Part shown: positions 1-7,954 of the stretch, in pieces
How positions within the stretch are numbered: position 1 is the stretch's first letter
How the letters are laid out: every line of letters begins with the position of its first letter
Virus record (IMG/VR): IMGVR_UViG_3300034375_010899
Coordinates: 6,310 to 70,309 of that record
Direction: 5' to 3' (one strand)
Length of the DNA stretch: 64,000 bases
DNA from: a virus
Made by a program: the position numbers and the translations under genes
Notes under the pieces: generated by a model
Database searches by the model: none
Seen by the model: only the letters and a program-made list of their open reading frames with translations
Told to the model about the DNA's origin: nothing

Positions 1-231
1 GAAGAATTTAAACGCAACATCATTGCTATTTGGATTCGCAATCATTATAAATTTGTTTACAACGATGGTGCTAGTGCGCGAAGTATTTGGGGATTCTTCA
101 ACACCAAAACCGAATCCTATCACGCCCCTATTAACTCCTCCAAGTGCGGAGATTCGGTAGAGTTTGGGGATACAACTCCATACTCTGCAATGCAACTCAA
201 ACTATCAATTTTAGAACAATGTTTTCACTGA
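1..231 (+). CDS. hypothetical protein, 5' partial
   Basis: Frame 1 is open from base 1 (EEFKRNIIAIWIRNHY...WGFFNTK...TTPYSAMQL) to TGA at 229-231; not in the ORF track. Confidence 0.7.
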   Translation, partial: EEFKRNIIAIWIRNHYKFVYNDGASARSIWGFFNTKTESYHAPINSSKCGDSVEFGDTTPYSAMQLKLSILEQCFH

Positions 232-242
232 GCAACGATCGA

Positions 243-410
243 ATGAAAGAAAAGCAAATTATCAATCTGGAGGCATATTGGAGTGAGCGAATGTGTGAAC
301 TTGTCACTGCCGATCGAATTGATGATTCTGATGCATTGTATCAGGAGTTTGTAGTTGATGGTGAGGAACCAAGTGAGTGGGTATTTCTGGAGGATATGAG
401 TGATATTTGA
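243..410 (+). CDS. small acidic hypothetical protein
   Basis: ATG at 243 within track ORF 144..410; avoids overlap with the upstream gene. Confidence 0.65.
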   Translation: MKEKQIINLEAYWSERMCELVTADRIDDSDALYQEFVVDGEEPSEWVFLEDMSDI

Positions 411-576
411 ACAGGGAATGATGGTTCTCTATGAGAATCAGGTTGGATTCATTAATTTTGTTTCAGAGTATTATTGCACTGTGACAGTTTATTATGGAGA
501 GCATCGTTCTCAGGATGTAAATATTGTAGTTGTTCCTGATAAGTATGAAAAAATCAAAATCTTTAAAGAAGGATGA
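400..576 (+). CDS. small hypothetical protein (58 aa)
   Basis: GTG at 400, upstream GGAGG; MIFEQGMMVLYENQVGFINFVSEYY...; TGA 574-576; fills the gap between genes. Confidence 0.6.
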   Translation: MIFEQGMMVLYENQVGFINFVSEYYCTVTVYYGEHRSQDVNIVVVPDKYEKIKIFKEG

Positions 577-775
577 TTTAATTGTTGTTAAACCATTTCA
601 CAAAACATTTCCTTATGGATTAAGTTGGACAACACAATTCGGAAAGAAAACTTTAGAACACTTTGCTTACTTCCCTTATGACGACTACCGAACCAAATAC
701 ATCCAACAATACAAAAGAGATGGCGGAAAACGATTCAAAAAGTTCAAAACAAAACCAAGAGATACAGTGGATTGA
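545..775 (+). CDS. basic hypothetical protein
   Basis: ATG at 545 in track ORF 530..775; fits operon packing. Confidence 0.55.
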   Translation: MKKSKSLKKDDLIVVKPFHKTFPYGLSWTTQFGKKTLEHFAYFPYDDYRTKYIQQYKRDGGKRFKKFKTKPRDTVD

Positions 776-971
776 TGATGCCTTTCAGGTGTATAAGACA
801 CGATTTGGTTTATGGCATAGTGAAGCAAAGAATGGTGAGAAATTGATTAGTTCCTTAAGTGAGGAGCAATGTGTAAAAGCAACGCGCTTTTATCTGAAAG
901 GAAGGCAAGAAGGATGGGATGGAAGTAATAGCAATGTGATGAATGATGGCATTGTTGGTGGTAAACTGTAA
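720..971 (+). CDS. hypothetical protein
   Basis: Track ORF 663..971, likely start ATG 720; WIDDAF...RFGLW...TRFYLK resembles cyanomyovirus small ORFs. Confidence 0.65.
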   Translation: MAENDSKSSKQNQEIQWIDDAFQVYKTRFGLWHSEAKNGEKLISSLSEEQCVKATRFYLKGRQEGWDGSNSNVMNDGIVGGKL

Positions 972-994
972 TTAAAAAAAAGGAGAACAAAGTT

Positions 995-1126
995 ATGGCA
1001 ATTCGAACTTATGAAAGCACCAAAGGTGAGATTTGGGAATGGGAAGAGACACCAGAAAGTGTCAAAGCACTTGAGATCTATTGGCACAATGTAGAGTTAA
1101 ATCGAAAACAAAATGAAGAGGTATAG
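995..1126 (+). CDS. small hypothetical protein (43 aa)
   Basis: AGGAG RBS, ATG 995, MAIRTYESTKGEIWEWEETPES..., TAG 1124-1126. Confidence 0.6.
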   Translation: MAIRTYESTKGEIWEWEETPESVKALEIYWHNVELNRKQNEEV

Positions 1127-1268
1127 AGTTGGATTTCGATGGGTAGATGGTAGAGAAGAATATATAGAGTTTGAAAGTTCTCTTTCTTCGACTGAACTTG
1201 CAGAAGAACTGAAGAGATCTGATCACACTGGTCAATTAGAAACTGTTTACGTTAAATCACTGTCATGA
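1113..1268 (+). CDS. small hypothetical protein (51 aa)
   Basis: MKRYRVGFRWVDGREEYIEF...; its stop overlaps the next start (ATGA). Confidence 0.55.
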   Translation: MKRYRVGFRWVDGREEYIEFESSLSSTELAEELKRSDHTGQLETVYVKSLS

Positions 1269-1669
1269 AATTTCTAGCACTTGCATTTGCTGCTGCCACT
1301 CTTATGCCTACTGCTGCACTTGCCGAACACCGCCGCTCTGCATATACTCATCGAACTGAATACTGTCAAAGGTTTCAGGTGAGAGAGGAGTATATTCCTG
1401 GAAGGTATGATGCTCACGGTAGGTATCAAAAAGGGTATGTACAAATCTTCCGCGACGAAGCACCTTGTTGGAAGAATCGCTATACTGATGAAAGAAGGAA
1501 TGAACATCGTCAAGAAAGGTATGAACATTCTTCCTGTCGCACAACTCCTACAGTTCTAGGTGGATTGTTAGGTGGTGGTATTGCTGCTGGAGTCTCAAAA
1601 CCAGATGCTTATGTTTGGTCAGTTCCCGTAGGTGCTGCTGTTGGTGGTGCACTGATTGGATGCACATAA
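1265..1669 (+). CDS. secreted/membrane protein with C-terminal glycine zipper
   Basis: Signal peptide MKFLALAFAAATL..ALA; GGLLGGGIAAG / GAAVGGALIG glycine-zipper helices. Confidence 0.75.
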   Translation: MKFLALAFAAATLMPTAALAEHRRSAYTHRTEYCQRFQVREEYIPGRYDAHGRYQKGYVQIFRDEAPCWKNRYTDERRNEHRQERYEHSSCRTTPTVLGGLLGGGIAAGVSKPDAYVWSVPVGAAVGGALIGCT

Positions 1670-2397
1670 AACCAATAACACCCACACCAACTGTACTTAT
1701 GTGGATGCTTCAATGATTTGTGACATCCACTCTGACAACCTTCTAATGTTTCACAAGCTTCCCTGATACTGTTAAATGTAAATCGTATCCTATTGGTGCG
1801 CTTATCTAATCCATATATTTGTTTTGATATAGGACGATCATCTAATTTAATGATACGGTGACCTTTAACTTTCCATCCATTATTCATTGAACGTGAAAGG
1901 TTAGAAGGAATCACACCTAATGCTTCTGCACATTCAACTAAACTCTCATACACATTCTCTTCAAGTGTATCGACGTTTATTGTCTTAATTGCTCTTTTAT
2001 GATGTATTCCACAATGCTTATATGTTCTATTACCAAAAGGTGATTTCTTTTTCTTAGGTTTGACTTCAACTATAGGTTCTGATATAATAGGAGAAGGATC
2101 AATGATAGGAGAAGGTATATCCTTAGGTTTAATGTTATATCCTTTATTGTAAGCATCATACTGTTCTATCCAATAAGATAGTTTCTCATTCAATAAGGAT
2201 TCATGACATTCTTCTAAGACCTTTAAAGTAAAACTACCAGCACCATATTTCCTTATTGCTTTATATAAGTGTTTAGAAGACATTCTGTTTGCTTTATCTA
2301 AATGTTCCTTCCATTCCTTATTCAATGGTTTGGTAGTTGATCCAATGTAGTGCTTATCTGTGTCTCTAGAGTAGATAGAGTATATTAATCCTTGCAT
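1609..2397 (-). CDS. free-standing GIY-YIG homing endonuclease with NUMOD1-like repeats
   Basis: GLIYSI...HYIGST motif, LYKAIRKYG..F, conserved E and GYN; C-terminal YESLVECAEALG and FNSIREACETL HTH-like repeats. Confidence 0.85.
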   Translation of the reverse strand: MQGLIYSIYSRDTDKHYIGSTTKPLNKEWKEHLDKANRMSSKHLYKAIRKYGAGSFTLKVLEECHESLLNEKLSYWIEQYDAYNKGYNIKPKDIPSPIIDPSPIISEPIVEVKPKKKKSPFGNRTYKHCGIHHKRAIKTINVDTLEENVYESLVECAEALGVIPSNLSRSMNNGWKVKGHRIIKLDDRPISKQIYGLDKRTNRIRFTFNSIREACETLEGCQSGCHKSLKHPHKYSWCGCYWFYVHPISAPPTAAPTGTDQT

Positions 2398-2495
2398 AGA
2401 CTGATAGGGTAATTCTACTATACTGATACTCTATTTAATATACTGATAGGATACTAATACTTGGGTGTATTCTGGTATACTTATTCTCCGGATCG

Positions 2496-2503
2496 TATAA
2501 ATA
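2496..2503 (+). promoter_or_regulatory. T4-type late promoter consensus pointing into the non-coding repeat array
   Basis: Exact TATAAATA with no ORF downstream. Confidence 0.45.
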
Positions 2504-2540
2504 ACTTCTTGTCTTTTATATGGTTCTTAATATCTTTTTA

Positions 2541-2802
2541 ATACCTTATTAATCCTTCTTAATCCCTTCTAATACCCTTAGGAAACCTTCAGATAATCCC
2601 TTCTAATACCCTTAGAAATCCTTCAGAAACCTTCAGATAATCCCTTTAGAAACCTTCAGATAATCCCTTTAGAAACCTTCAGAAACCTTCAGATAATCCC
2701 TTTAGAAACCTTCAGATAATCCCTTCTAATACCCTTAGAAATCCTTCAGAAACCTTCAGATAATCCCTTCTAATACCCTTAGAAATCCTTCAGAAACCTT
2801 CA
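2541..2802. repeat. tandem array of 10-13 bp CCTT-core units
   Basis: GAAACCTTCA x8, interleaved with GATAATCCCTT(C/TA), TAATACCCTTA and GAAATCCTTCA; a 44-bp higher-order unit at 2582, 2705 and 2749. Confidence 0.95.
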
Positions 2803-2824
2803 GATTCTTGTGATTTTAGACCGC

Positions 2825-2853
2825 ATTCTAACACGAGGGCACGAAAAAGTCAA
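2825..2853 (-). promoter_or_regulatory. sigma70-type promoter firing leftwards across the repeat array
   Basis: Reverse complement TTGACT-17bp-TAGAAT. Confidence 0.7.
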
Positions 2854-2903
2854 GGGGGCGCGAAATAAAAATTCACAGGGGACTTCGTTATACTCTAAGG
2901 CAC

Positions 2904-3122
2904 TACGAGATCATGTACGAGATGTGCACTACGAGATCATGTGCGAGATATACACATAATAACAATATACAATATACACATATAAGATCACATACGAGAT
3001 ATAACATGATACGAGATCCTGTGTGCCTTATACAATAACAAATATACAATATAAGCACCTTATACAATGCTTACGAGACTGTGTGTGTGCTTGTGCGAGA
3101 TATGTGCATATGAACACGAGAT
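2904..3122. repeat. dispersed (T/C)(A/G)CGAGA(T/C) repeats in A/C-rich low-complexity DNA
   Basis: About nine copies, all on the same strand, among ATATAC/ACAC runs. Confidence 0.8.
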
Positions 3123-3206
3123 ATGCACACAATTACACATAACATAATATATACAAATAAGAGACCCACACAGATATGTGCCAGTTCTAGAAGTGGTTTC
3201 TAGACA

Positions 3207-3235
3207 TTGACTTCCTGATGCCCATCCAGTATACT
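3207..3235 (+). promoter_or_regulatory. sigma70-type early promoter
   Basis: TTGACT-17bp-TATACT, preceded by the TGTGCCA-N10-TG element at 3177. Confidence 0.8.
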
Positions 3236-3262
3236 TAACAAAGTTAAGGAGCACTAGACCCA

Positions 3263-3436
3263 ATGCCCAGCATCCACTCAACAAGTTCTAAGGTAAAGTA
3301 TCGCATTACTCTAGAACTTGATGTTTTCCAAGATATGAACCCACATCAGATTCAATGGGGAAAGGTTCTAGATCTTGAACCTGCTGAAAAGGTTAAGGCA
3401 TATGTGGAGGATTTGTCAACCCCTGATAGATGGTAA
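3263..3436 (+). CDS. small hypothetical protein (57 aa)
   Basis: AAGGAG RBS; MPSIHSTSSKVKYRITLELDVFQDMNPHQIQW...VEDLSTPDRW. Confidence 0.7.
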   Translation: MPSIHSTSSKVKYRITLELDVFQDMNPHQIQWGKVLDLEPAEKVKAYVEDLSTPDRW

Positions 3437-3451
3437 GTTTCATTAAGTGAC

Positions 3452-3480
3452 TTGCAAAATGGATCAAAATCCATTATAAT
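3452..3480 (+). promoter_or_regulatory. sigma70-type promoter
   Basis: TTGCAA-17bp-TATAAT. Confidence 0.7.
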
Positions 3481-3515
3481 TTCATTATTCCTTAAGATTT
3501 GAGGAGATTTCTAAA

Positions 3516-3692
3516 ATGAATCAAGAACGCCATTATCACACAGAATCTGAGCGTAGGCAACTCGATGGTGTGATTGTAGATAGTGACCTTAATGGTTGGA
3601 GGATTTCTAAACGAAACCGTATCACCTCTCGAACTAATAATCTTCCTGATAATTCTCTGGTAGATACACACGATTACCCAGATGTTGCCTGA
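3516..3692 (+). CDS. small hypothetical protein (58 aa)
   Basis: GAGGAG RBS; MNQERHYHTESERRQLDG... Confidence 0.6.
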   Translation: MNQERHYHTESERRQLDGVIVDSDLNGWRISKRNRITSRTNNLPDNSLVDTHDYPDVA

Positions 3693-3792
3693 ATTCGTGA
3701 CACCTTGTGCCAATATCTAAAGTGCACACTATAATCCCCAAAGATGCCTTCGGCGTGGTAGTGTATACACATCCTCGAAAAAGGCATCTTTT

Positions 3793-3951
3793 TTGTTCTA
3801 TTCTGCTCTGAAATCTTTGCCCCAGTTCGTTATACAAACTCAGGCAGATTGGTGTATGGTTTATGACTTTATGGAATCTCAATGTGGCGAACTTCGTGAT
3901 GAGCATTGGGAGGAAGTTGCCCGAGTGTATAGAGAACTCTCTCGGGACTAA
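3793..3951 (+). CDS. small hypothetical protein, start uncertain
   Basis: TTG start; ...ALKSLPQFVIQTQADWCMVYDFMESQCGEL...; no clear RBS. Confidence 0.4.
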   Translation: MFYSALKSLPQFVIQTQADWCMVYDFMESQCGELRDEHWEEVARVYRELSRD

Positions 3952-4042
3952 ATTATACCTTGTGCCAAAAGTATTAGTGGCACAATAAAAGAGCACAGCG
4001 CCCAAAATCGTGTATTGTAGTTAAATGTTCAGGAATTCACCA

Positions 4043-4231
4043 ATGCCTACTGCCTCCGAAGTTCATCAGTTCGATCTTGAAATTGCACCTGCACTTCGTG
4101 AATTTATGTGCAACTATCACACCGATCTGAATGATTGCGTCGATTGGGTTTGTGACGTGTTTAACATTGATGCCACCGATTTTATCATCGATCGTGTTGC
4201 TGATGAGTTTGAAGAATTCTTCGGTTCGTGA
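4043..4231 (+). CDS. small acidic hypothetical protein
   Basis: ATG 4043 downstream of the -10 box TATTGT (4013); D/E-rich. Confidence 0.7.
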   Translation: MPTASEVHQFDLEIAPALREFMCNYHTDLNDCVDWVCDVFNIDATDFIIDRVADEFEEFFGS

Positions 4232-4236
4232 CACCT

Positions 4237-4265
4237 AAGGGGGATTAATCCTTCCCCCTTTTTTT
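4237..4265 (+). terminator. rho-independent terminator
   Basis: AAGGGGGA/TCCCCCTT stem followed by a T run. Confidence 0.75.
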
Positions 4266-4285
4266 GTACCTTTCGTTTAAAACCA

Positions 4286-4414
4286 ATGGGTAAATTTCTT
4301 TTCGGAATCGTAACTGGAATTGTGATTGCAACCGTTGGGTTCAATGGTATTGCAGCAATTGGCAATCGTGCCGTGCAAGGTATACAGGACTTTGCAGAAA
4401 ACGCATCTAATTAA
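4286..4414 (+). CDS. small single-TM membrane protein (42 aa)
   Basis: MGKFLFGIVTGIVIATVGFNGIAAIG... Confidence 0.65.
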   Translation: MGKFLFGIVTGIVIATVGFNGIAAIGNRAVQGIQDFAENASN

Positions 4415-4548
4415 TATTTTTCTTGTGCCAGTCCACAAGGTGGCACAAACCCCCCTTGTGGATCCCCCCAAAATGTTCTAGGTTGGATTCGTGGTTGAGA
4501 AACGCATTCTCCCACAATCAAATTCGTTCCTTTCTCTACACTCGAACA

Positions 4549-4914
4549 ATGAACATTTCTTCTATCGCTCCTGCCATTGAGGCAATCGAAACTGTTGCTA
4601 CTTACGGAACCAAAGTTTACATGTTTGCATCTGAAATCTTCACCATTTCTGCACTCCTGTGGTGCCTGAATGCCCTTGCTACGGGTATTGAAAAGGTATA
4701 CAATGCTGGTTACATTGTGGGCACATTCTACCGCCACCATCTACATGCTACGGTGAAAGAATGGACCATTAAGTTCATTGCTGCCGTGATCTTCGTGAGC
4801 ATTCTGTTCTGGGAAGGTTGCGTGGTTCTTTATACCCGCCGCAATCAAATCCTGGCAACTCTGAATGATTATCGTAACAAGATTGGTGGTGCATTTGTGT
4901 ATGCCTATGCGTGA
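4549..4914 (+). CDS. hypothetical membrane protein
   Basis: ATG 4549 within track ORF 4423..4914; two hydrophobic segments. Confidence 0.65.
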   Translation: MNISSIAPAIEAIETVATYGTKVYMFASEIFTISALLWCLNALATGIEKVYNAGYIVGTFYRHHLHATVKEWTIKFIAAVIFVSILFWEGCVVLYTRRNQILATLNDYRNKIGGAFVYAYA

Positions 4915-4929
4915 GTTCTAGACAACAAC

Positions 4930-4956
4930 GGGAGGTGAAATATCCTCCCATTCTTT
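4930..4956 (+). terminator. terminator hairpin
   Basis: GGGAGG/CCTCCC stem followed by ATTCTTT. Confidence 0.6.
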
Positions 4957-5058
4957 ATACCCAGGTCGGCTGCCCGTGTGCCAGTTGGCAGACTGTCCAC
5001 TCCTGCCCCGAAACCGCCCTACCCCGTGCCTATAATGACTGAAGTTCAAACGAAACCA

Positions 5059-5220
5059 ATGACCGAATGGTTCAGTGATGCCTACTGGCACTGGCGTAAT
5101 GTATTTTACTTCAGGTTCAGTGAATACAATGACAACATTGATCGTTGTGCATTCTTTGAAGAATTGAACTATGGTTGGCATCAAATGTATGCTGATGATG
5201 AATTTTGGGGACGCCAATGA
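5059..5220 (+). CDS. small aromatic/acidic hypothetical protein
   Basis: ATG 5059 downstream of TATAAT at 5031. Confidence 0.65.
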   Translation: MTEWFSDAYWHWRNVFYFRFSEYNDNIDRCAFFEELNYGWHQMYADDEFWGRQ

Positions 5221-5229
5221 CTGACCTTA

Positions 5230-5312
5230 GTGCCAATCGGGGGAGTGCCCACCATTCCCCCCAAAGGGCACCTCGACCGACTATTGTTACAAAGTAACGG
5301 ACAAACGGAACC
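5230..5312 (+). repeat. 83-bp promoter cassette, copy 1 (copy 2 at 6742-6824)
   Basis: First 43 bp identical to 6742-6784; the remainder nearly identical. Confidence 0.95.
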
Positions 5313-5313
5313 G

Positions 5314-5553
5314 ATGACTGCAACTTCCACTAGATTTAATGGTTGGGCAAACTACGAAACATGGAATGTTTCATTATGGATCCAGAACGATTATGAAACC
5401 TATCGTAAGTGTCTGGGTGAAACTTCCTATGATTCGTGCATTCCCCGCCTTGAACTTTTGTGGGGTCAGATGACTCCTGATGGTGTACGTTGGATGGATG
5501 GACTCATCAATACTCAAGAACTTGATGAGATGCTGACTGAAATGAAGGGGTAA
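5314..5553 (+). CDS. conserved phage protein (NGWxNYETW motif)
   Basis: FNGWANYETWNVSLWIQND...TPDGVRW; start ATG 5314. Confidence 0.75.
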   Translation: MTATSTRFNGWANYETWNVSLWIQNDYETYRKCLGETSYDSCIPRLELLWGQMTPDGVRWMDGLINTQELDEMLTEMKG

Positions 5554-5596
5554 ATCCCCTTCGTTAATTAACTCAAACCCCTTTTCCTATTCTACA

Positions 5597-5914
5597 ATGT
5601 TTGATGAACTTTGGCAAGAGATTCAAGACATGCCTGGTGAAATCTTTGACATTCCCGAACGAAAATTGAGTATGCAATTTCAAATCACCAACATTGAGTT
5701 CGATTGTAGTCTTGATGAAGACATCTTTAATGAAGGTGCAAACCCTGAAGATTACTGGTCTGAGAGTGATAGAATCTGCACCGAAGAAAAACTTGCTCAA
5801 GAATACATTGGGCAAATCTTGGAGGTAGACAATGAAGAAGATTTAGTTGATGGGATTAGTGATGCTACAGGTTGGTGCATCAAATCTATTGACTACCGTA
5901 CCATTCTCAAATGA
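5597..5914 (+). CDS. highly acidic hypothetical protein
   Basis: Track ORF; D/E-rich; ends ...ISDATGWCIKSIDY. Confidence 0.7.
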   Translation: MFDELWQEIQDMPGEIFDIPERKLSMQFQITNIEFDCSLDEDIFNEGANPEDYWSESDRICTEEKLAQEYIGQILEVDNEEDLVDGISDATGWCIKSIDYRTILK

Positions 5915-6102
5915 CAATGAACCGCAAAGACCTCCAAGATCAAATGGTCCAGCAAATAATTGATGACATGGACCTTAAGACAATGACCTGCCTTTGTTAT
6001 GACTACCTGATGGAAGGTTATGATAAGTATTCGGATGATGAATTGACTGAAGAAGTTAATGAATACTACCCACACATTTTGGAGGAAAGTAACACTAACT
6101 GA
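5911..6102 (+). CDS. small acidic hypothetical protein
   Basis: ATGA-coupled to the upstream gene. Confidence 0.7.
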   Translation: MTMNRKDLQDQMVQQIIDDMDLKTMTCLCYDYLMEGYDKYSDDELTEEVNEYYPHILEESNTN

Positions 6103-6175
6103 GTCGGATGCCCGAACAGTTGGCAAGGTGTCCACTATTTCAACACAGGGCACCTAAATCGTGTATTGTATAGAA

Positions 6176-6290
6176 GTTGAGAGGGGCACAGGACACCCGA
6201 TCACCACTCCTAGTGAGTCAGTTGGCAACTCTACTGCTGGTGATAAACTCTCAACACTCTACATCAGGGGAGGATTAACTCCCCTTTCTT
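6176..6290 (+). ncRNA. putative structured small RNA
   Basis: -10 box at 6164; nested stems GTTGAGAG/CTCTCAAC and ATCACCA/TGGTGAT; terminator 6266-6290; no credible ORF. Confidence 0.5.
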
Positions 6291-6375
6291 TATACTCAGG
6301 TCAGCCGCCGCAACCAGTTGGCAGAGTGGCACAAGAGCGGTTGAAATTGGCGGCGATCTGTGCAATTATAGGATC

Positions 6376-6693
6376 ATGGAAAACAACGCAACTCAAATGT
6401 CACTTTTCTCCCAAGGTTGGAAGGCAGAGCAACACTTTGGCAGTGAGTTGACTGCTCATCACCTGAACACTCGTTCAGTGTATCGTTTCAAGGAGAATAG
6501 CGCCATTGCTATCACTCACTCTGCAAAGTACGTTGACAACGGAACTGTGGATGTGTTCGCAGTTTCTTATCGTAAAGAGGTGAATTCTCGCCACTCTGTT
6601 ACTGAAACTGTTGAATTTTTCTCTAACTGGTTGGATGCATACTATTGCGGTGTTCAGTGTGTGAATAACCTGAACATGGAGTTGGTTTGCTGA
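6376..6693 (+). CDS. hypothetical protein
   Basis: Track ORF downstream of the cassette element at 6310. Confidence 0.7.
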   Translation: MENNATQMSLFSQGWKAEQHFGSELTAHHLNTRSVYRFKENSAIAITHSAKYVDNGTVDVFAVSYRKEVNSRHSVTETVEFFSNWLDAYYCGVQCVNNLNMELVC

Positions 6694-6741
6694 CACTAAC
6701 CGTGCCCCTGAGTTCTTTATACTCAGGTCGGCCGACCCCCT

Positions 6742-6824
6742 GTGCCAATCGGGGGAGTGCCCACCATTCCCCCCAAAGGGCACCGTGATCGACTATTGTT
6801 ACGAAGTAACGAACAAAGGGAACC
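6742..6824 (+). repeat. 83-bp promoter cassette, copy 2
   Basis: Direct repeat of 5230-5312. Confidence 0.95.
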
Positions 6825-6838
6825 TCACTGACACTCAA

Positions 6839-7738
6839 ATGCAAAATCTCCACCTCGAACACCCTGAAGATACGGTTCTCTCGGGTGACCTTAAAGCACT
6901 TGATTGTCTGCTCCATGAGGGTCACCTCTCCGTCAAACTTGACGGAGCACCTGCAATCGTTTGGGGGATTAACCCCGCCAATGGTCTTCGTTTCGTAGGA
7001 ACTAAGGCAGTTTTTAACAAGGTTAAAATCCGAATTGCACACTCTCATGAAGAAATTGACCAGTTCTATTCGGGTGAGGTTGCGGTTATTCTGCATTGCT
7101 GCTTTGATTGTCTTCCTCACACCGATTCTATCATCCAAGGTGATTTTATTGGGTTTGGCGATAGCGATGAGTTTACTCCCAACACGATCACTTACAAGTT
7201 TGGTGAGGTAATCGATCAGCAAATCATTATTGCTCCCCATACCGAATACTTCGCAGAAAATGACCTTCGTGACGCTGTATGTTACCCTTTGGTTGATAAC
7301 CTTTCTTCCACTGAAACGTGTTACTTTCTGAAACCAGAGTGCTACGTTCAGCACAGTGATTCCAACCAGTTTCATGACCTTAAGGAAGTTATTGGTTTCG
7401 CTAAGCAAATGGCACAACTTGTGAATTTTGCAACTCCTAAGGAAGCAATCAAGATCACAAGGCAACTCAACAAGTGCATTCGTGAGGGTCAGGAAATCGA
7501 TGCAAAAGACTTCGATTGTGATCACCTTCTGATTGAATTCTGGAAACTCGTTAAGTCCATCAAAGAAGATGCTCTATTCCTCTGCCGTAACTTGGGTCCT
7601 GCTGCTTACATTGGTTATGATCGAATTGATGCCGAAGGTTACGTCTTTTCTAATGCCTTGGGGTCAATTAAGTTGGTAAATCGTGAAGTGTTCAGTATGG
7701 CAAACTTCAACAACTCTAAGTTCTCTGTTTCTAGTTAA
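6839..7738 (+). CDS. ligase-fold nucleotidyltransferase-like protein (DUF6267-like)
   Basis: HLEHPED N-terminus; SVKLDG (KxDG motif I), IIQGDFI (III), EGYV (IV), IKLV (V); start ATG 6839. Confidence 0.7.
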   Translation: MQNLHLEHPEDTVLSGDLKALDCLLHEGHLSVKLDGAPAIVWGINPANGLRFVGTKAVFNKVKIRIAHSHEEIDQFYSGEVAVILHCCFDCLPHTDSIIQGDFIGFGDSDEFTPNTITYKFGEVIDQQIIIAPHTEYFAENDLRDAVCYPLVDNLSSTETCYFLKPECYVQHSDSNQFHDLKEVIGFAKQMAQLVNFATPKEAIKITRQLNKCIREGQEIDAKDFDCDHLLIEFWKLVKSIKEDALFLCRNLGPAAYIGYDRIDAEGYVFSNALGSIKLVNREVFSMANFNNSKFSVSS

Positions 7739-7798
7739 CTTAGAGTCTTGATTGTCATCATTGGTGACAAGGCACATTATACATCAAAAGGAGACCCT

Positions 7799-7954
7799 AT
7801 GTCAAGTCTGAATCAGAAATCTTGGATGAGTGACTCTACTCTAGACCTGTTCATTAAGCATCATGAAGAGTCCGAAGAATTCTGGACTCAAGTTAACAAG
7901 ATGGCAGAAGAGTATGAGTTGCCGACAGACTACATTCTGATGGAATTCGTGTGA
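7799..7954 (+). CDS. small hypothetical protein
   Basis: AAGGAG RBS, ATG 7799; ends ...YELPTDYILMEFV. Confidence 0.65.
   Translation: MSSLNQKSWMSDSTLDLFIKHHEESEEFWTQVNKMAEEYELPTDYILMEFV

Noticed and set aside
2541-2802. CRISPR-like array
   Set aside because: Units are 10-13 bp and contiguous, with no unique spacers and no cas genes
3060-4005. Minus-strand track ORFs 3060..3284, 3492..3713 and 3634..4005
   Set aside because: They oppose plus-strand promoters and RBS-supported small genes, or lie in low-complexity repeats
6161-6451. 96-aa ORF in the track
   Set aside because: Starts inside the -10 region and crosses a terminator and the next promoter; no RBS
6623-7525. 300-aa antisense ORF that shares a peptide with ORF 5117..5323
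   Set aside because: Shadow of the ligase-fold gene; the shared peptide is simply the reverse complement of the 83-bp promoter repeat
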